NCBI GenBank assembly: GCA_965371445.1 | Contig: CBDUYN010000009.1 | Location: forward strand, 20,051-84,050 | Length of the DNA: 64,000 nt | Reading direction: 5' to 3' | Origin: an uncultured bacterium | Lineage (GTDB): Bacteria > Acidobacteriota > Thermoanaerobaculia > Multivoradales > J023 | Shown: positions 19,060-28,472 of the stretch, in pieces | Layout: each line of letters starts with the position of its first letter | Numbering within the stretch: the stretch's first letter is position 1 | Notes under the pieces: generated by a model | What the model was told of the DNA's origin: nothing | What the model saw: the letters and a program-made list of their open reading frames with translations, nothing else | Databases searched by the model: none | Position numbers and translations under genes: made by a program

Positions 19060-21465
19060 TCAAAACGCCCAGCTGACCCCCAGCGTCGGCACGAGGCCGG
19101 GCCAGTACTCGACTCCGGGCCGAAATTCGACGCTCCCGTCGGCCTGGATCCGGAAGCTGTCGTCGCGGATCTCGAAGCCCCGGACGTTTTCCTCGACGGT
19201 CAGGTTCTGGATGTCGATGAAGAACGTGAACGTGCCGTCCTTGAACGGCCGGCTGCGGTTGGCTCGCAGGTCGAGGCGCTGGAAGCTCGGATGGTTCTCG
19301 GCGTAGTGGGGTCCGACCGTCACCAGCAGCTCGCCTTCGGCGTCGAGCTCACCCGCCACCGCGGTCGTCGGCCAGCCGGTGTGGCGGAGGTAGACCAGGC
19401 TCAGGTGCCACTTCTTGCTCAGCCGGCAGTTGACGGTCAGGGTCATCGCCTGGCCTTCCTCGAGGTAGCGCGGCTGATCGCGCCCGTCGACGCGGTCGCG
19501 GACCTTCGCCGCGGTGTAGCTCAGCCAGCCGTTCCATCGTCCGCTACCCCGTCGGGCGAGGAAGAATTCGACGCCTTCGGCCCGGGCGCTCTGCGGCGCG
19601 ATGCGGATCCGGTCCGACTGAGCCTCGGGAAGCGCGGTGAACGGATCGAAGAGGTTCTCGAACCGCGGGCGCGGGTCGTCGACCTGGCGGCGGTAAGCGT
19701 CGAGGCGCAAGCGGAAACCCTTGCCCAGCTCGCGCTCCCAGCCCAGTGCCAGGTGCCGGGCCCGTTCGGCGTCAGAAAAGGTGGTCTCACCGTCCTGGAC
19801 GTCGAGCTCGTGCGGACGCTGGGACTGGTGGAAAAGGCCCCAGCCGAACCGCACCGCGCCGGCCCGCTCCAGGTCGAGCACCAGGTTGACCCGCGGGCTG
19901 AGCTGGCCCTCGCCGGTCAGCGACTGATGGTCGTAGCGTCCGCCGAGCTCCGCCGTGAGCCGTCCGATGCGGATCCGGTCCGCCAGGTAAAGCGCCGCGT
20001 GCTCGCCCGAGAAACTGCCCTCGAAGCTCGTCGTGCCGACCGGCGGCAGATGGCGGACGACGGCGATCCTGCCTTCGATGGCAAGGTCGTTTTTGTAGTC
20101 GTAGCCGGCGCGGTAGCGGCGCAGCTCGAAGCCCGAGCTGAGGAAATGGCGCTCGCTCAGCTCGACGCTCCAGTCCTGCTTGAGGCTCACGACGTCCATA
20201 CGACGCCGATCGAGCACCAGCGCCGCCTCGTTCAAGGAAGCGGCAGAGATGTCGCGGTCACGGTCGACCTTGCCGACCGCGGCCAGGGTCTCGACCCAGG
20301 CCCTTCGGCCCACGCCCCGGGCATGGGAGAGCCAGAGGTAGCCGTTGTCCCAGCGCGTTTCGGCGTCGGTGACGTCGCCGGGGTCCGCGAACCGGGCCTT
20401 GAGCTCGTCGAGGGCCACGAGGAGCCGCAAAGAAAGGGTGCTCGCCGGGTTCGGCGCGTAGCTCATGCGGCCGAACAGATCCCAGTACCCGACGTCGCGG
20501 ATCTCGTCTTCGTCCGGCTCCGGCTCGACCGGCTCTTCGAAGAGGAAGTCGATGAAGCCACGCCGCAAGGAGCCCATCCAGTGGCCCTTGCCCCCATCGG
20601 TCCGGCCCGAGCTCCCGGCCCAGAGGTTGATGACGCTCAACCCGAAACGCCAGTGGCGCCGATCGTCGGGAACGGCGGTCCGGATGTCGACGACGCCGCT
20701 CATCCGGTCGCCGTATTGAACGGGAAAGGCGGCGGAGATCAGGTCGACGCCGCCGACGAGATCCGGGTCGAGGATCGAGAAGAGCCCCTGGACGTCCTTG
20801 ACGTGGAAGGGCTCGTAGAGCTCCAGGCCGTCGAGCTCGACCAAGACCTGGGAATGAAAGCCGCCGCGCACCGCGAAGCGTGCCGAGAGCTTGGCGCCTG
20901 TCACTCCTGGCAGCAGCACGACGGTCCGGTAGAGATCGTCGCCGAAGTGGGGCAGGCGCGAGATCTCCTCCCGGCTCAGGGCGACGGGGGCGATGGGCTC
21001 GCGCCGATAGAGCTGGTAGCTCGCGGTGACGACGATCTCGTCGTAGGCCTCCTTGAAGGGCCCGCCGTCCGAATCCGCGGCAGCGTCGACCGGTTCCTCC
21101 TCCATGCCGGCGTCCGGCTCGGACGACGCGGCGGCGGGTGTGATGACCAAGCGTCCGCCGGCGGCGGCGCGGGCCTCAAGGCCGTGCGGGGCGAGGATCT
21201 CGTCGAGAACCTCTTGCGGCGAGGACGAACGAGGCTCCTCCTCGACCCTCATCTCCGGACGTACCACGTAGGTGCTGTAGACGAGCCGCAGGCCCTGCCG
21301 CTCGAGGTCACGGAGGGCCTCGGCGAGGGTCTTGCCGGCATAGCGGCCCGGCTCGGCAAGGGCCGGCGAGCCGGCGGCGAGCAGCAGGACGAGCGCCAGG
21401 GCGGCGATCGGCCAGAGGTAGGTTCGTCTCATCGGCATCGGGCTCGTCGCGATCCACGTCTTCAC
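19060..21465 (-). CDS. TonB-dependent outer-membrane receptor with N-terminal signalling (STN-like) domain
   Basis: Signal peptide, STN-like LAEALRDL...LVYS...LDEILAPHGL, EIVVTAS, plug motifs (LPGV, VRGG, GDRMSGVVDI) and C-terminal aromatic GVSWAF. The start may be ATG 21438 or 21432. Confidence 0.92.
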   Translation of the reverse strand: MKTWIATSPMPMRRTYLWPIAALALVLLLAAGSPALAEPGRYAGKTLAEALRDLERQGLRLVYSTYVVRPEMRVEEEPRSSSPQEVLDEILAPHGLEARAAAGGRLVITPAAASSEPDAGMEEEPVDAAADSDGGPFKEAYDEIVVTASYQLYRREPIAPVALSREEISRLPHFGDDLYRTVVLLPGVTGAKLSARFAVRGGFHSQVLVELDGLELYEPFHVKDVQGLFSILDPDLVGGVDLISAAFPVQYGDRMSGVVDIRTAVPDDRRHWRFGLSVINLWAGSSGRTDGGKGHWMGSLRRGFIDFLFEEPVEPEPDEDEIRDVGYWDLFGRMSYAPNPASTLSLRLLVALDELKARFADPGDVTDAETRWDNGYLWLSHARGVGRRAWVETLAAVGKVDRDRDISAASLNEAALVLDRRRMDVVSLKQDWSVELSERHFLSSGFELRRYRAGYDYKNDLAIEGRIAVVRHLPPVGTTSFEGSFSGEHAALYLADRIRIGRLTAELGGRYDHQSLTGEGQLSPRVNLVLDLERAGAVRFGWGLFHQSQRPHELDVQDGETTFSDAERARHLALGWERELGKGFRLRLDAYRRQVDDPRPRFENLFDPFTALPEAQSDRIRIAPQSARAEGVEFFLARRGSGRWNGWLSYTAAKVRDRVDGRDQPRYLEEGQAMTLTVNCRLSKKWHLSLVYLRHTGWPTTAVAGELDAEGELLVTVGPHYAENHPSFQRLDLRANRSRPFKDGTFTFFIDIQNLTVEENVRGFEIRDDSFRIQADGSVEFRPGVEYWPGLVPTLGVSWAF

Positions 21466-21659
21466 AGTCGTTTTACGTGACTACCCGGCCACAGTTCCAT
21501 GCTGACCAAAGACGACGTCCGTCCTCGACGAGGAGCGCCGGCAGGAGGCCAAGGCCGTCGCCGAGGTCTGCGATCGTCGATTTCTTTCCAACACCCTCTT
21601 TGTAGGGCAGACTCCGCCTGCGGATCCGCGCGCTGGGACAACCCCACCCGGCTCACGAC

Positions 21660-22382
21660 CTACTTCCAGGTGACCTCCATCGCGAAGAAGTGGTCGAAGA
21701 CCTTCCGGGTCGGGTTGTTGCGTTCGTCGACCTCCGGGCTTCGGATGTAGAAGTCGAGCTGCTGCAGGGCGGGATTTACGGCTCCCGCCCGGGACTTCTT
21801 GCCGAGGAGCGGGTAGTCGACTTTCAGGGTCTTGCGGTCGCGCATGCCCTGGGTCACCATGAAGTGCATCTGGTAGCCGTCGTAGAGCGTCTCGCCGTTC
21901 AACAGGGCTCTTCCGTATCCCCAACCCGCCAGGTAGATCAACGTCTTCGGCCAGTTGGTGTCGCCACAGCCCGAATCCCCGTGCTCGTAGATGAAAGCCG
22001 CGATTCCTCCGTCCTGACACGGGTTGAATTCGTGAAAGCGTTCTACCTCGAGGAGCAGATCACCCTCCGGAAGCTTGAGGTGAGCCCTGAAGACCCCGCT
22101 GTTTTTCCTCTCGTCCACGTCGATTTCCACCCTTCCTTCCACCGGGCGGACGTCTGCGGCATCGTTGCCCATGTGGTTCCAGCCGGGAGGATCGGCGAGC
22201 GTACCCACCTGGTAGATCCGCTCGGCGGAGAGGATGAAGTGACCGTCGTAGAGATCGTGCTGCTCCGGGGTGTAGAGAGTCATGTCCGCTCCCGGTTGCC
22301 GGCGTAGGGTCCCTTCTTCAGCCACCGCCGAGACGGCGAGCAGTAGAAGCGCGGGTAAGAGTCCGAATGCAACTTTCTTCAT
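21660..22382 (-). CDS. Exported hypothetical protein, His/Cys/Met-containing
   Basis: 240-aa ORF with a clear signal peptide (MKKVAFGLLPALLLLAVSAVA), ATGA-coupled to the upstream gene; no family recognised. Confidence 0.8.
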   Translation of the reverse strand: MKKVAFGLLPALLLLAVSAVAEEGTLRRQPGADMTLYTPEQHDLYDGHFILSAERIYQVGTLADPPGWNHMGNDAADVRPVEGRVEIDVDERKNSGVFRAHLKLPEGDLLLEVERFHEFNPCQDGGIAAFIYEHGDSGCGDTNWPKTLIYLAGWGYGRALLNGETLYDGYQMHFMVTQGMRDRKTLKVDYPLLGKKSRAGAVNPALQQLDFYIRSPEVDERNNPTRKVFDHFFAMEVTWK

Positions 22383-23101
22383 CTTCGTGATCCCTTCTTT
22401 CGTCTTGGTTCCTCAAGAGGATAGTCGATGTCAAGGGTGAGCGTCTTTCCAGGCTCGACGCGTACGGGTATTTGTCGCTGCCCCAACCTCTCGTGCCAGC
22501 TTTCCAGGACGTAGGAGCCCGGCGGAACGTCCGGGATCCGGAAACGGCCCTCGGCGTCACTGACCGCGTGGAAGGGATGGGGGTCCACCCGGATGAAAGC
22601 CTGCATCCAGGCATGGACGTCGCATTTGACGACGATCATCCCAGGGCGTCTCACGACCCGGGTGCCCCGGCTCCCGTAACGAGGGAGGGCGACGTTCATC
22701 TCGGCCGGACCGTAGAGGTGGACCGTGTGGAGGAAGGAATCGCTGTTGACCGCTTCGATGGTGCTGCCTACGCTCAGGACCGCCGCATGGGGAACGAAAC
22801 GGCAGCCGACATTGTCGAGCACCAGCCGCGTCGGCTCGGCCTTCTCGCCCGCGTCGACGCCGCTCAAGGAGAGGATGACGTTGCGGACGCCTCGGGTGGT
22901 GGCCGACACCAGGAGATCCTCCAGGGTGTGGGCGTGGCCGCAGTTGTCGGGGTCGGTCGTGTTCTCCACCGGGGTCGGGCCCGGTAGGGTGTCGCCGGTC
23001 AGGCGCACCTGCCCGGCCAGGACGCCGAGCTCCGGAGGCGTTGGCTCGTCGGCGGCGCCGGCTTTGCCGGCGCCGGAGACGAGAGCCAGGAGGACGAGCA
23101 A
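22379..23101 (-). CDS. Secreted cupredoxin-like protein with carboxypeptidase-regulatory-like domain
   Basis: CRFVPH, NSDSFLHTVH, type-1-copper-like KCDVHAWM and GRFRIPDVPPGSYVLESWHERLG. Start codon uncertain; the frame is open somewhat further upstream. Confidence 0.82.
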   Translation of the reverse strand: MLVLLALVSGAGKAGAADEPTPPELGVLAGQVRLTGDTLPGPTPVENTTDPDNCGHAHTLEDLLVSATTRGVRNVILSLSGVDAGEKAEPTRLVLDNVGCRFVPHAAVLSVGSTIEAVNSDSFLHTVHLYGPAEMNVALPRYGSRGTRVVRRPGMIVVKCDVHAWMQAFIRVDPHPFHAVSDAEGRFRIPDVPPGSYVLESWHERLGQRQIPVRVEPGKTLTLDIDYPLEEPRRKKGSRR

Positions 23102-23206
23102 GAGGGCGAATGGAATGGTCCGACTCCTTGGGGATGAATTCCTCAGCCCCAGGCTACCATGCTGACGGACCCTGCCCTACGCCGAGCTGTCCGGCGGACG
23201 GGTGCT

Positions 23207-23244
23207 CCGCACGCCGAGTCCCACCCCGCACGCCGAGTCCCACC
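23207..23244. repeat. Perfect 2 x 19-bp tandem duplication in a divergent intergenic region
   Basis: CCGCACGCCGAGTCCCACC at 23207-23225 and 23226-23244. Confidence 0.85.
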
Positions 23245-23284
23245 CACTTCGGCAACCGCCGGACCAGGTTGTAGAATGCTCCGC

Positions 23285-24856
23285 ATGCACTTTGCAGGTC
23301 GCCTCTGGGCTCCGATCCTTGCGGCTCTCCTGGTGTGGGCATCGCCGGGATGGGGAGCCACGGATCGCTTCCGCATCGTCCGGGCCCTGATCCAGGAGGA
23401 GATCGACGGGGGCCAGGTGCCGTCCCTTGCGGTCGCGGTGGCGCGACGGGGCGAGATCGTGTGGGAGGAAGCCTTCGGCTGGGCGGACCGGGAGCGGGGG
23501 ATCCCGGCCACGCCCCACACGATGTTCTCGCTGGCGTCGGTGTCGAAGCCGCTGACGGCGACTGGCTTGATGGTACTCGTTGAACGCGGAACGGTGGATC
23601 TCGACAGGCCGGTCAACGAGTACCTCGGCGAGGTCCGACTGAGAGCGCGGGTCGGCGATCCGGCCGGCGCGACGGTGCGGCAGGTAGCGAGCCACACCTC
23701 CGGCCTCCCGCTCCACCACCACTTCTTCGCCGATCCGACCCGGCGTCCGCCGCTCGCCGAGACGATCCGGCGGTACGGGAATCTCGTCATGGAGCCCGGG
23801 GAGAGATTCCAATACTCGAACCTAGGCTACGCCGTCCTGGAGCACCTGATCGAGCAGGCGTCGGGGAAAGACTTCGCCCGATTCATGCGGGAGGAGGTGT
23901 TCGTGCCGCTCGACCTCGAGCACACCGCGATCCTTCAAGAGCCCCGGGCTTCGCCCGGCCTCGCGGTGCGCTACGCCCCGGACGGGCAACCGCTGCCCTT
24001 CTACGGCTCCGACCACGGCGGCGGCTCCGCGGCGTTCTCCTGCGCCCATGACCTCGCACGCTTCGCCCTGTTCCACCTGCGGGCGCGCTCCGCCGATCGG
24101 ATTCTCTCCGACGTGGCGATCCGGGCCATGCAGGAGCCCTCCAGCCAACGAACGGACGAGAGCAGCCTCTACGGAATCGGCTGGACGATCATCCCCAACC
24201 CCGGGGGATACGACGTCGTCCGGCACGACGGCGGGATGCCGGGGGCGACCGCGACCTTGCTGCTGCTACCCGCCGAGGGGATTGCCGTCGCGGTCCTGTG
24301 CGGCACGAGGAGCGACCTGCCACAACAGGTAGCGGGCAAGATCCTCGACACTCTCCGTCCTCTCGGTCGGCGCCTGGACCTGGCGGGCCGGCGCGTCTCC
24401 GGCAAGGGCCGGAAGCGATCGCCGCGCCGATTCGTGGGCCGGTGGGCCGGCCATGTAGATCTCGGGGAGGAACGGGTGCCGATCACTTTGACCGTGGAGC
24501 GGCCGAAGGCGTTATGGGCCGAGATCCGGGGCTCCTCGGCGAGTCAGAAGCTCTGGGGCGTCACGTTCCGTGACGGCTACCTCACCGGCTGGACGAGAGG
24601 TCACCTTGAAGCCGAGGGAAAGGAGTCCCCGGCGCCGATCCTGCGTCTCTCGTTGAAGTTGCGCGAAGACCGCCTCAACGGCGCCATGACGGTCTTGACT
24701 CGTTCCGCCGAGGGCCTACCCGGGGCGCTCAGCCACTGGGTGGACTTGAAGCGATCGGCGGACGTCCCGCGTCCTCCCGAAACGACTGACCCCGGCCAGA
24801 AGAGCCGATGGCGCGACGTCGCGCCCGCCGCTCGAACCGCGAGCACCCTGTGGTAA
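23285..24856 (+). CDS. Secreted serine hydrolase (class C beta-lactamase/PBP-like fold) with extra C-terminal domain
   Basis: SxxK (ASVSK), HTSGL, YSN and HDGG motifs; signal peptide. TAGAAT at 23272-23277 suggests a leaderless start at ATG 23285. Confidence 0.9.
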   Translation: MHFAGRLWAPILAALLVWASPGWGATDRFRIVRALIQEEIDGGQVPSLAVAVARRGEIVWEEAFGWADRERGIPATPHTMFSLASVSKPLTATGLMVLVERGTVDLDRPVNEYLGEVRLRARVGDPAGATVRQVASHTSGLPLHHHFFADPTRRPPLAETIRRYGNLVMEPGERFQYSNLGYAVLEHLIEQASGKDFARFMREEVFVPLDLEHTAILQEPRASPGLAVRYAPDGQPLPFYGSDHGGGSAAFSCAHDLARFALFHLRARSADRILSDVAIRAMQEPSSQRTDESSLYGIGWTIIPNPGGYDVVRHDGGMPGATATLLLLPAEGIAVAVLCGTRSDLPQQVAGKILDTLRPLGRRLDLAGRRVSGKGRKRSPRRFVGRWAGHVDLGEERVPITLTVERPKALWAEIRGSSASQKLWGVTFRDGYLTGWTRGHLEAEGKESPAPILRLSLKLREDRLNGAMTVLTRSAEGLPGALSHWVDLKRSADVPRPPETTDPGQKSRWRDVAPAARTASTLW

Positions 24857-24886
24857 GGTGAGCCGGGGGTGAGGAAGGACCTGAGA

Positions 24887-25369
24887 ATGACGCTCGAGAA
24901 ACAGATGGCCAGCCTGGAGCTTGCCGTCGAGGAGTTTGCACGAGTGGTAGCTTCTCTCCATGAAGAGTTGTTCCTCGAGAAGCTCAACGGCTGGTCAGCG
25001 AGAGACATCGTGGCTCATCTGGTCGGCTGGAACCGTTACGTCATCGAAGGAAGCTGGCAAATAACCAGAGGAGAGATTCCCTTTTATGATATGGATCCCG
25101 GAGAGAATTACAGCAGGGTAAACGCCGTGCTGATACGCGACTACTCTTCCAGAGACAGACAAGAGCTGCTCGGTGAGCTCCGGGCCGCGGCTCGAGAATT
25201 GAGACAGTTCCTACGGTCACTGGGTCCCGGCAAATGGGATCGTGACTACGGCGTGAGGCACCAGGGATCTACCGTGACCATCAAAAATACCGTCGATGAG
25301 CTCATTGAAGATTACGTCCACCATCGAGAGCAAATCAAAGAATGGGCCAAAAGGCTAGCGGCAGGGTAG
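24887..25369 (+). CDS. DinB/ClbS-DfsB-like four-helix bundle protein
   Basis: WSARDIVAHLVGW and C-terminal DYVHHREQI; lower GC than neighbours. Confidence 0.82.
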   Translation: MTLEKQMASLELAVEEFARVVASLHEELFLEKLNGWSARDIVAHLVGWNRYVIEGSWQITRGEIPFYDMDPGENYSRVNAVLIRDYSSRDRQELLGELRAAARELRQFLRSLGPGKWDRDYGVRHQGSTVTIKNTVDELIEDYVHHREQIKEWAKRLAAG

Positions 25370-25388
25370 GTGGCCGCGCGCCGGATGG

Positions 25389-25853
25389 CTAGACGACGAG
25401 CTTCGGGGTCACCGCCCACAGCAACGACCAAGCACCCGCATCGCGCTCCAGACAGACGATGCCGGCGTTTCTGAACCGCGCCACCGCCGCCTCGGGGTCC
25501 CCGGCGACGAGGTGGCTGGCCAGGCGATCGAGAAACGGCAGGTGACCGACCAGCATCAGGGGCTCGTCGCGGCCGGCGAGCTCCCGCGCCACCGGCTCGA
25601 CATCGTCTTTGGGGTTGAGCCCCGCCACCGCCACCACACCGCGGTCCGGAGCGAGGTGCCGTCCTAGGATGCCGGCCGTCTGCTCGGCTCGCCGTTTGCC
25701 GCTGTGGCGGATCTCCTCCACCTTAACGCCGGCACGCGCCGCCCACGCGGCCATCTTCTCCACGACCGCGGCCCCGCGCCCGGTCAACGGCCGTTCCGGA
25801 TCTTCGTCTTTCGTCTTTGCCTCGCCGTGTTGAACAAGAAAAAGCTCCGTCAT
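25389..25853 (-). CDS. sixA: Phosphohistidine phosphatase SixA
   Basis: LFLVQHGEA, RPLTGRG, HSGKRRAEQTA and MLVGHLP motifs; AGGAGG upstream of ATG 25853. Confidence 0.9.
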   Translation of the reverse strand: MTELFLVQHGEAKTKDEDPERPLTGRGAAVVEKMAAWAARAGVKVEEIRHSGKRRAEQTAGILGRHLAPDRGVVAVAGLNPKDDVEPVARELAGRDEPLMLVGHLPFLDRLASHLVAGDPEAAVARFRNAGIVCLERDAGAWSLLWAVTPKLVV

Positions 25854-26063
25854 CGGGGTATGCCTCCTGCGATCGATCCTCAACGGAGTATACGCCAGGC
25901 GGGCCCTAAGCTCACGCCAGGCCACCGAGCGCGCGCCATCGCGCTCATTTCGCTCTGAAACGCGTAGCGTGGCGGGATCGGGTCCGTCGCCGACGACCTT
26001 CAGCGTCGCCAAGGCGTGGAGATTCGGCGTAGAATGCGGCCGAACCGTCGAAGGAGCCTCAGG

Positions 26064-27338
26064 ATGTACAAAGCCCGCGTCGTCTCGATCCTCGCCTTCC
26101 TCCTCCCGGCGACCGTCGCCGCGGGCGACTGGCCGCAGTGGCGCGGTCCGGAGATGGACGGCAAGAGCTCGGAGAAAAACCTCCCGGCAAGCTGGGGGCC
26201 CGACGAGAACGTCGCCTGGAAGCTCGCGCTGCCGGCCCGCGGCGCGGCCACGCCGATCGTCTCGGGCGAACGGATTTTCCTGAGCGTCAGCCGCGACCCG
26301 GAGGAAAGCGACGAGCTCTCGCTCTGGGCCGTCGACCGCAGCTCCGGCGAGGTGCTCTGGAAGCGGCCGCTCGGGGGCGGCAACGTCCTGAAGTACAAGC
26401 AGCACATGTCGACGCCTTCGCCGGTGACCGACGGCGAGACGGTCTGGGTGATGACCGGGACGGGCGTCCTGAAGGCCTTCGACTTCGACGGCTTGGAGCT
26501 GTGGGGACGAGACATCCAGGCCGACTACGGTACCTTCGGCCTGAAATGGGGCTACGCCTCTTCGCCGCGCCTCCACGGCGATTCGCTTTTCGTACCCGTG
26601 CTCCACGGCATGGAGACCGACGACCCGTCGTACCTGCTCAGGATCGACAAGAAAACGGGGAAAACGCTCTGGCGCACCGAGCGTGTGACGGACGCCGTTT
26701 TTGAGTCGCCCGACTCCTACATGACGCCGGCGATCCTGACGACCGGCAAGCAGATCGAGGTCATCTTGACGGGCGGCGACGTCGTGACGGGACACGACGC
26801 CGAGACCGGCGAGGAGCTGTGGCGTGCCGGGGGGCTCAATCCCAAGGCCTCGAAATCGCAGCGCCTCGTCGCTTCGCCGATCGTCGGCGACGGCCTCGTC
26901 TATGCGTTTGGCAAGCGCGGCCCGATCCTGGCTTTCCGCACCGGCGGACGCGGCGACGTCACCACCTCGCACCTCGCCTGGTCCCTGGAGCGCGGCACCG
27001 ACGTGCCGACGCCGATCGTCGACGGCAAGTACCTCTACGTCGTCAACGACAAGGGAATCATGTCCTGCTACGAGGCGGCGACAGGGACGCTCGTCTACGG
27101 TCCGGAGCGGCTCCACACGGGGACCTACAGCGCCTCGCCGGTGCTCGCCGACGGCAAGATCTACGCCACGTCCGAGAGGGGGATCACGTCGGTGGTCAAA
27201 GCGGGGCCCAAGTTCGAGGTCCTGGCCGAGAACGACCTGGGCGGCTACACGCTCGCCTCACCGGCGATCTCCGACGGGCAGATCTTCCTGCGGACGGCGG
27301 AATATCTCTTCGCGATCGGCGAGCGCGCCGCGCGATAG
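26064..27338 (+). CDS. PQQ-binding-like beta-propeller repeat protein (secreted, BamB-like family)
   Basis: Signal peptide, DWPQWRGP and repeated Trp-docking/SP motifs (TGEELW, ASPIV, ASPVLADGKIY, ASPAISDGQIFLRT). Confidence 0.92.
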   Translation: MYKARVVSILAFLLPATVAAGDWPQWRGPEMDGKSSEKNLPASWGPDENVAWKLALPARGAATPIVSGERIFLSVSRDPEESDELSLWAVDRSSGEVLWKRPLGGGNVLKYKQHMSTPSPVTDGETVWVMTGTGVLKAFDFDGLELWGRDIQADYGTFGLKWGYASSPRLHGDSLFVPVLHGMETDDPSYLLRIDKKTGKTLWRTERVTDAVFESPDSYMTPAILTTGKQIEVILTGGDVVTGHDAETGEELWRAGGLNPKASKSQRLVASPIVGDGLVYAFGKRGPILAFRTGGRGDVTTSHLAWSLERGTDVPTPIVDGKYLYVVNDKGIMSCYEAATGTLVYGPERLHTGTYSASPVLADGKIYATSERGITSVVKAGPKFEVLAENDLGGYTLASPAISDGQIFLRTAEYLFAIGERAAR

Positions 27339-27385
27339 GTCGTAAAGCCCCGATGACTGATCTCCGGTCTACTGGAGCCCGATCC

Positions 27386-27715
27386 GTCCCGTCCGTTCCG
27401 GAGATCCCGGGAGGCGTGGGACGGTTCGTCCCGTCCGTTCCGGAGGCTCCGGAGAGCGTGGGAAGGACCTTCCCGCCCCTCCCGGAGGCTCCGGAAGACG
27501 TGGGAAGGACCGACCCGGGCGTCCCGGGATCTCCGGAAGACACGGAAGGACCGACCCGGGCGTCCCGGAGACTCCGGAAGACGCGGGAAGGACCGACCCG
27601 TCCGCTCCGCGGGCCCCGGGACGGACGGGCCGGTCCCTCTGGTCCGTTCCGCAGGCTCCGGGACGCCCGGGAAGGTCCGATCCGCGCGTCCCAGGAGTCC
27701 CGCCTCGGCCGGGCT
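27386..27715. repeat. Degenerate tandem array of about 8 units of ~42 bp
   Basis: Units such as GTCCCGTCCGTTCCGGAGATCCCGGGAGGCGTGGGACGGTTC and GACCCGGGCGTCCCGGAGACTCCGGAAGACGCGGGAAGGACC; one unit is 41 bp; no unique spacers. Confidence 0.8.
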
Positions 27716-27735
27716 GGCTACAAATCCCCGTCGGG

Positions 27736-27853
27736 CGACGATTTTCCTCAAGTGGCCCGAGAGGGCCTGGAGCCCCGCCCAGTAAGGCTCCAGGCTACTT
27801 CGACGATTTTGCAGCGTTACGGCTGCTGGCTGCAAATTCCAGTCGGGCCCACC
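27736..27853. other. att-like / structured element ending in a tRNA-3'-end-like sequence
   Basis: Direct repeat CGACGATTTT (27736, 27801); hairpins GCCTGGAGCC/GGCTCCAGGC and TTTGCAGC/GCTGCAAA; terminal AATTCCAGTCGGGCCCACC resembles a tRNA T-arm/acceptor 3' half. Confidence 0.35.
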
Positions 27854-27887
27854 GAACCTCCGGTCTCGGGAGTAGCCTCCGGGGGAG

Positions 27888-28215
27888 GTCGCGGCAAGGC
27901 GCCGCGACTGCGACAAGACGAAGGGTCGCCTCGGACGGCTGATCGTCGGCCTGCGCCGGATGGTGCGCGGCGCCTACGTCGCGCCCGACCTCACCGCCAT
28001 GGGCCTCGATGCGCCGAACCCCAAGGAGCCGACGGCGTTCCTGCGCAAGGCCGAGCTCATCCTGGACAAGCTCGATAGCGACGACCTGAAGCGGATGCTG
28101 GGCACGCCGCTCTTCCGTTCCCCGCCGGACCCGCGGGTCCACCGCAAGGATTTGGAGCCGGAGGTCCGCGCGTTGCGCAAGACGCTGGAGCAACTCGCGA
28201 AGGTCCGACGCCGCA
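27888..28215 (+). pseudogene. Internal fragment of an alpha-helical hypothetical protein
   Basis: Good codon bias only over VAARRRDCDKTKGRLGRLIVGLRRMVRG...LEQLAKVRRRM; no credible start or end. Confidence 0.4.
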
Positions 28216-28472
28216 TGCTGCTCTGTCGTGATCTGGACGGATCCACCACCTCGGAGCTTCCTCAGAGTGGATCTCGGGGAGGACCGGGACGCGTGGCCTC
28301 TGGAAGCTCAGACAGTCCGCGGATGAAGCTAGCGAGGTGTTCCGGGGCGCGACATCATGCACGGCGGCTCCTCGCCGAGATGGAGATCGGAGATCACTAC
28401 GAGACGCGTGGCTCGCGAGCGTAGGTTCGAGGCGGGGATCATGCAGTGTCCGATAGAGCTCACGCCCACGGG

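Noticed and set aside
23285-24856. Serine hydrolase as the SurE-type PBP thioesterase releasing the TE-less NRPS-B product
   Set aside because: The fold fits, but it has an apparent signal peptide and lies ~28 kb from NRPS-B beyond unrelated genes. Unsupported, though not excluded.
25854-27116. 575-aa ORF as a long SixA fusion
   Set aside because: Only the last 154 aa are SixA, with their own RBS; most of the rest is antisense to the beta-propeller gene.
27386-27715. 42-bp array as a CRISPR array
   Set aside because: Units are contiguous and degenerate, with no conserved repeat plus unique spacer pattern and no cas genes in the window.
27780-27853. A complete tRNA gene
   Set aside because: Only a 3'-end-like ~19 nt is present; there is no D-arm, anticodon arm or GTTC T-loop.
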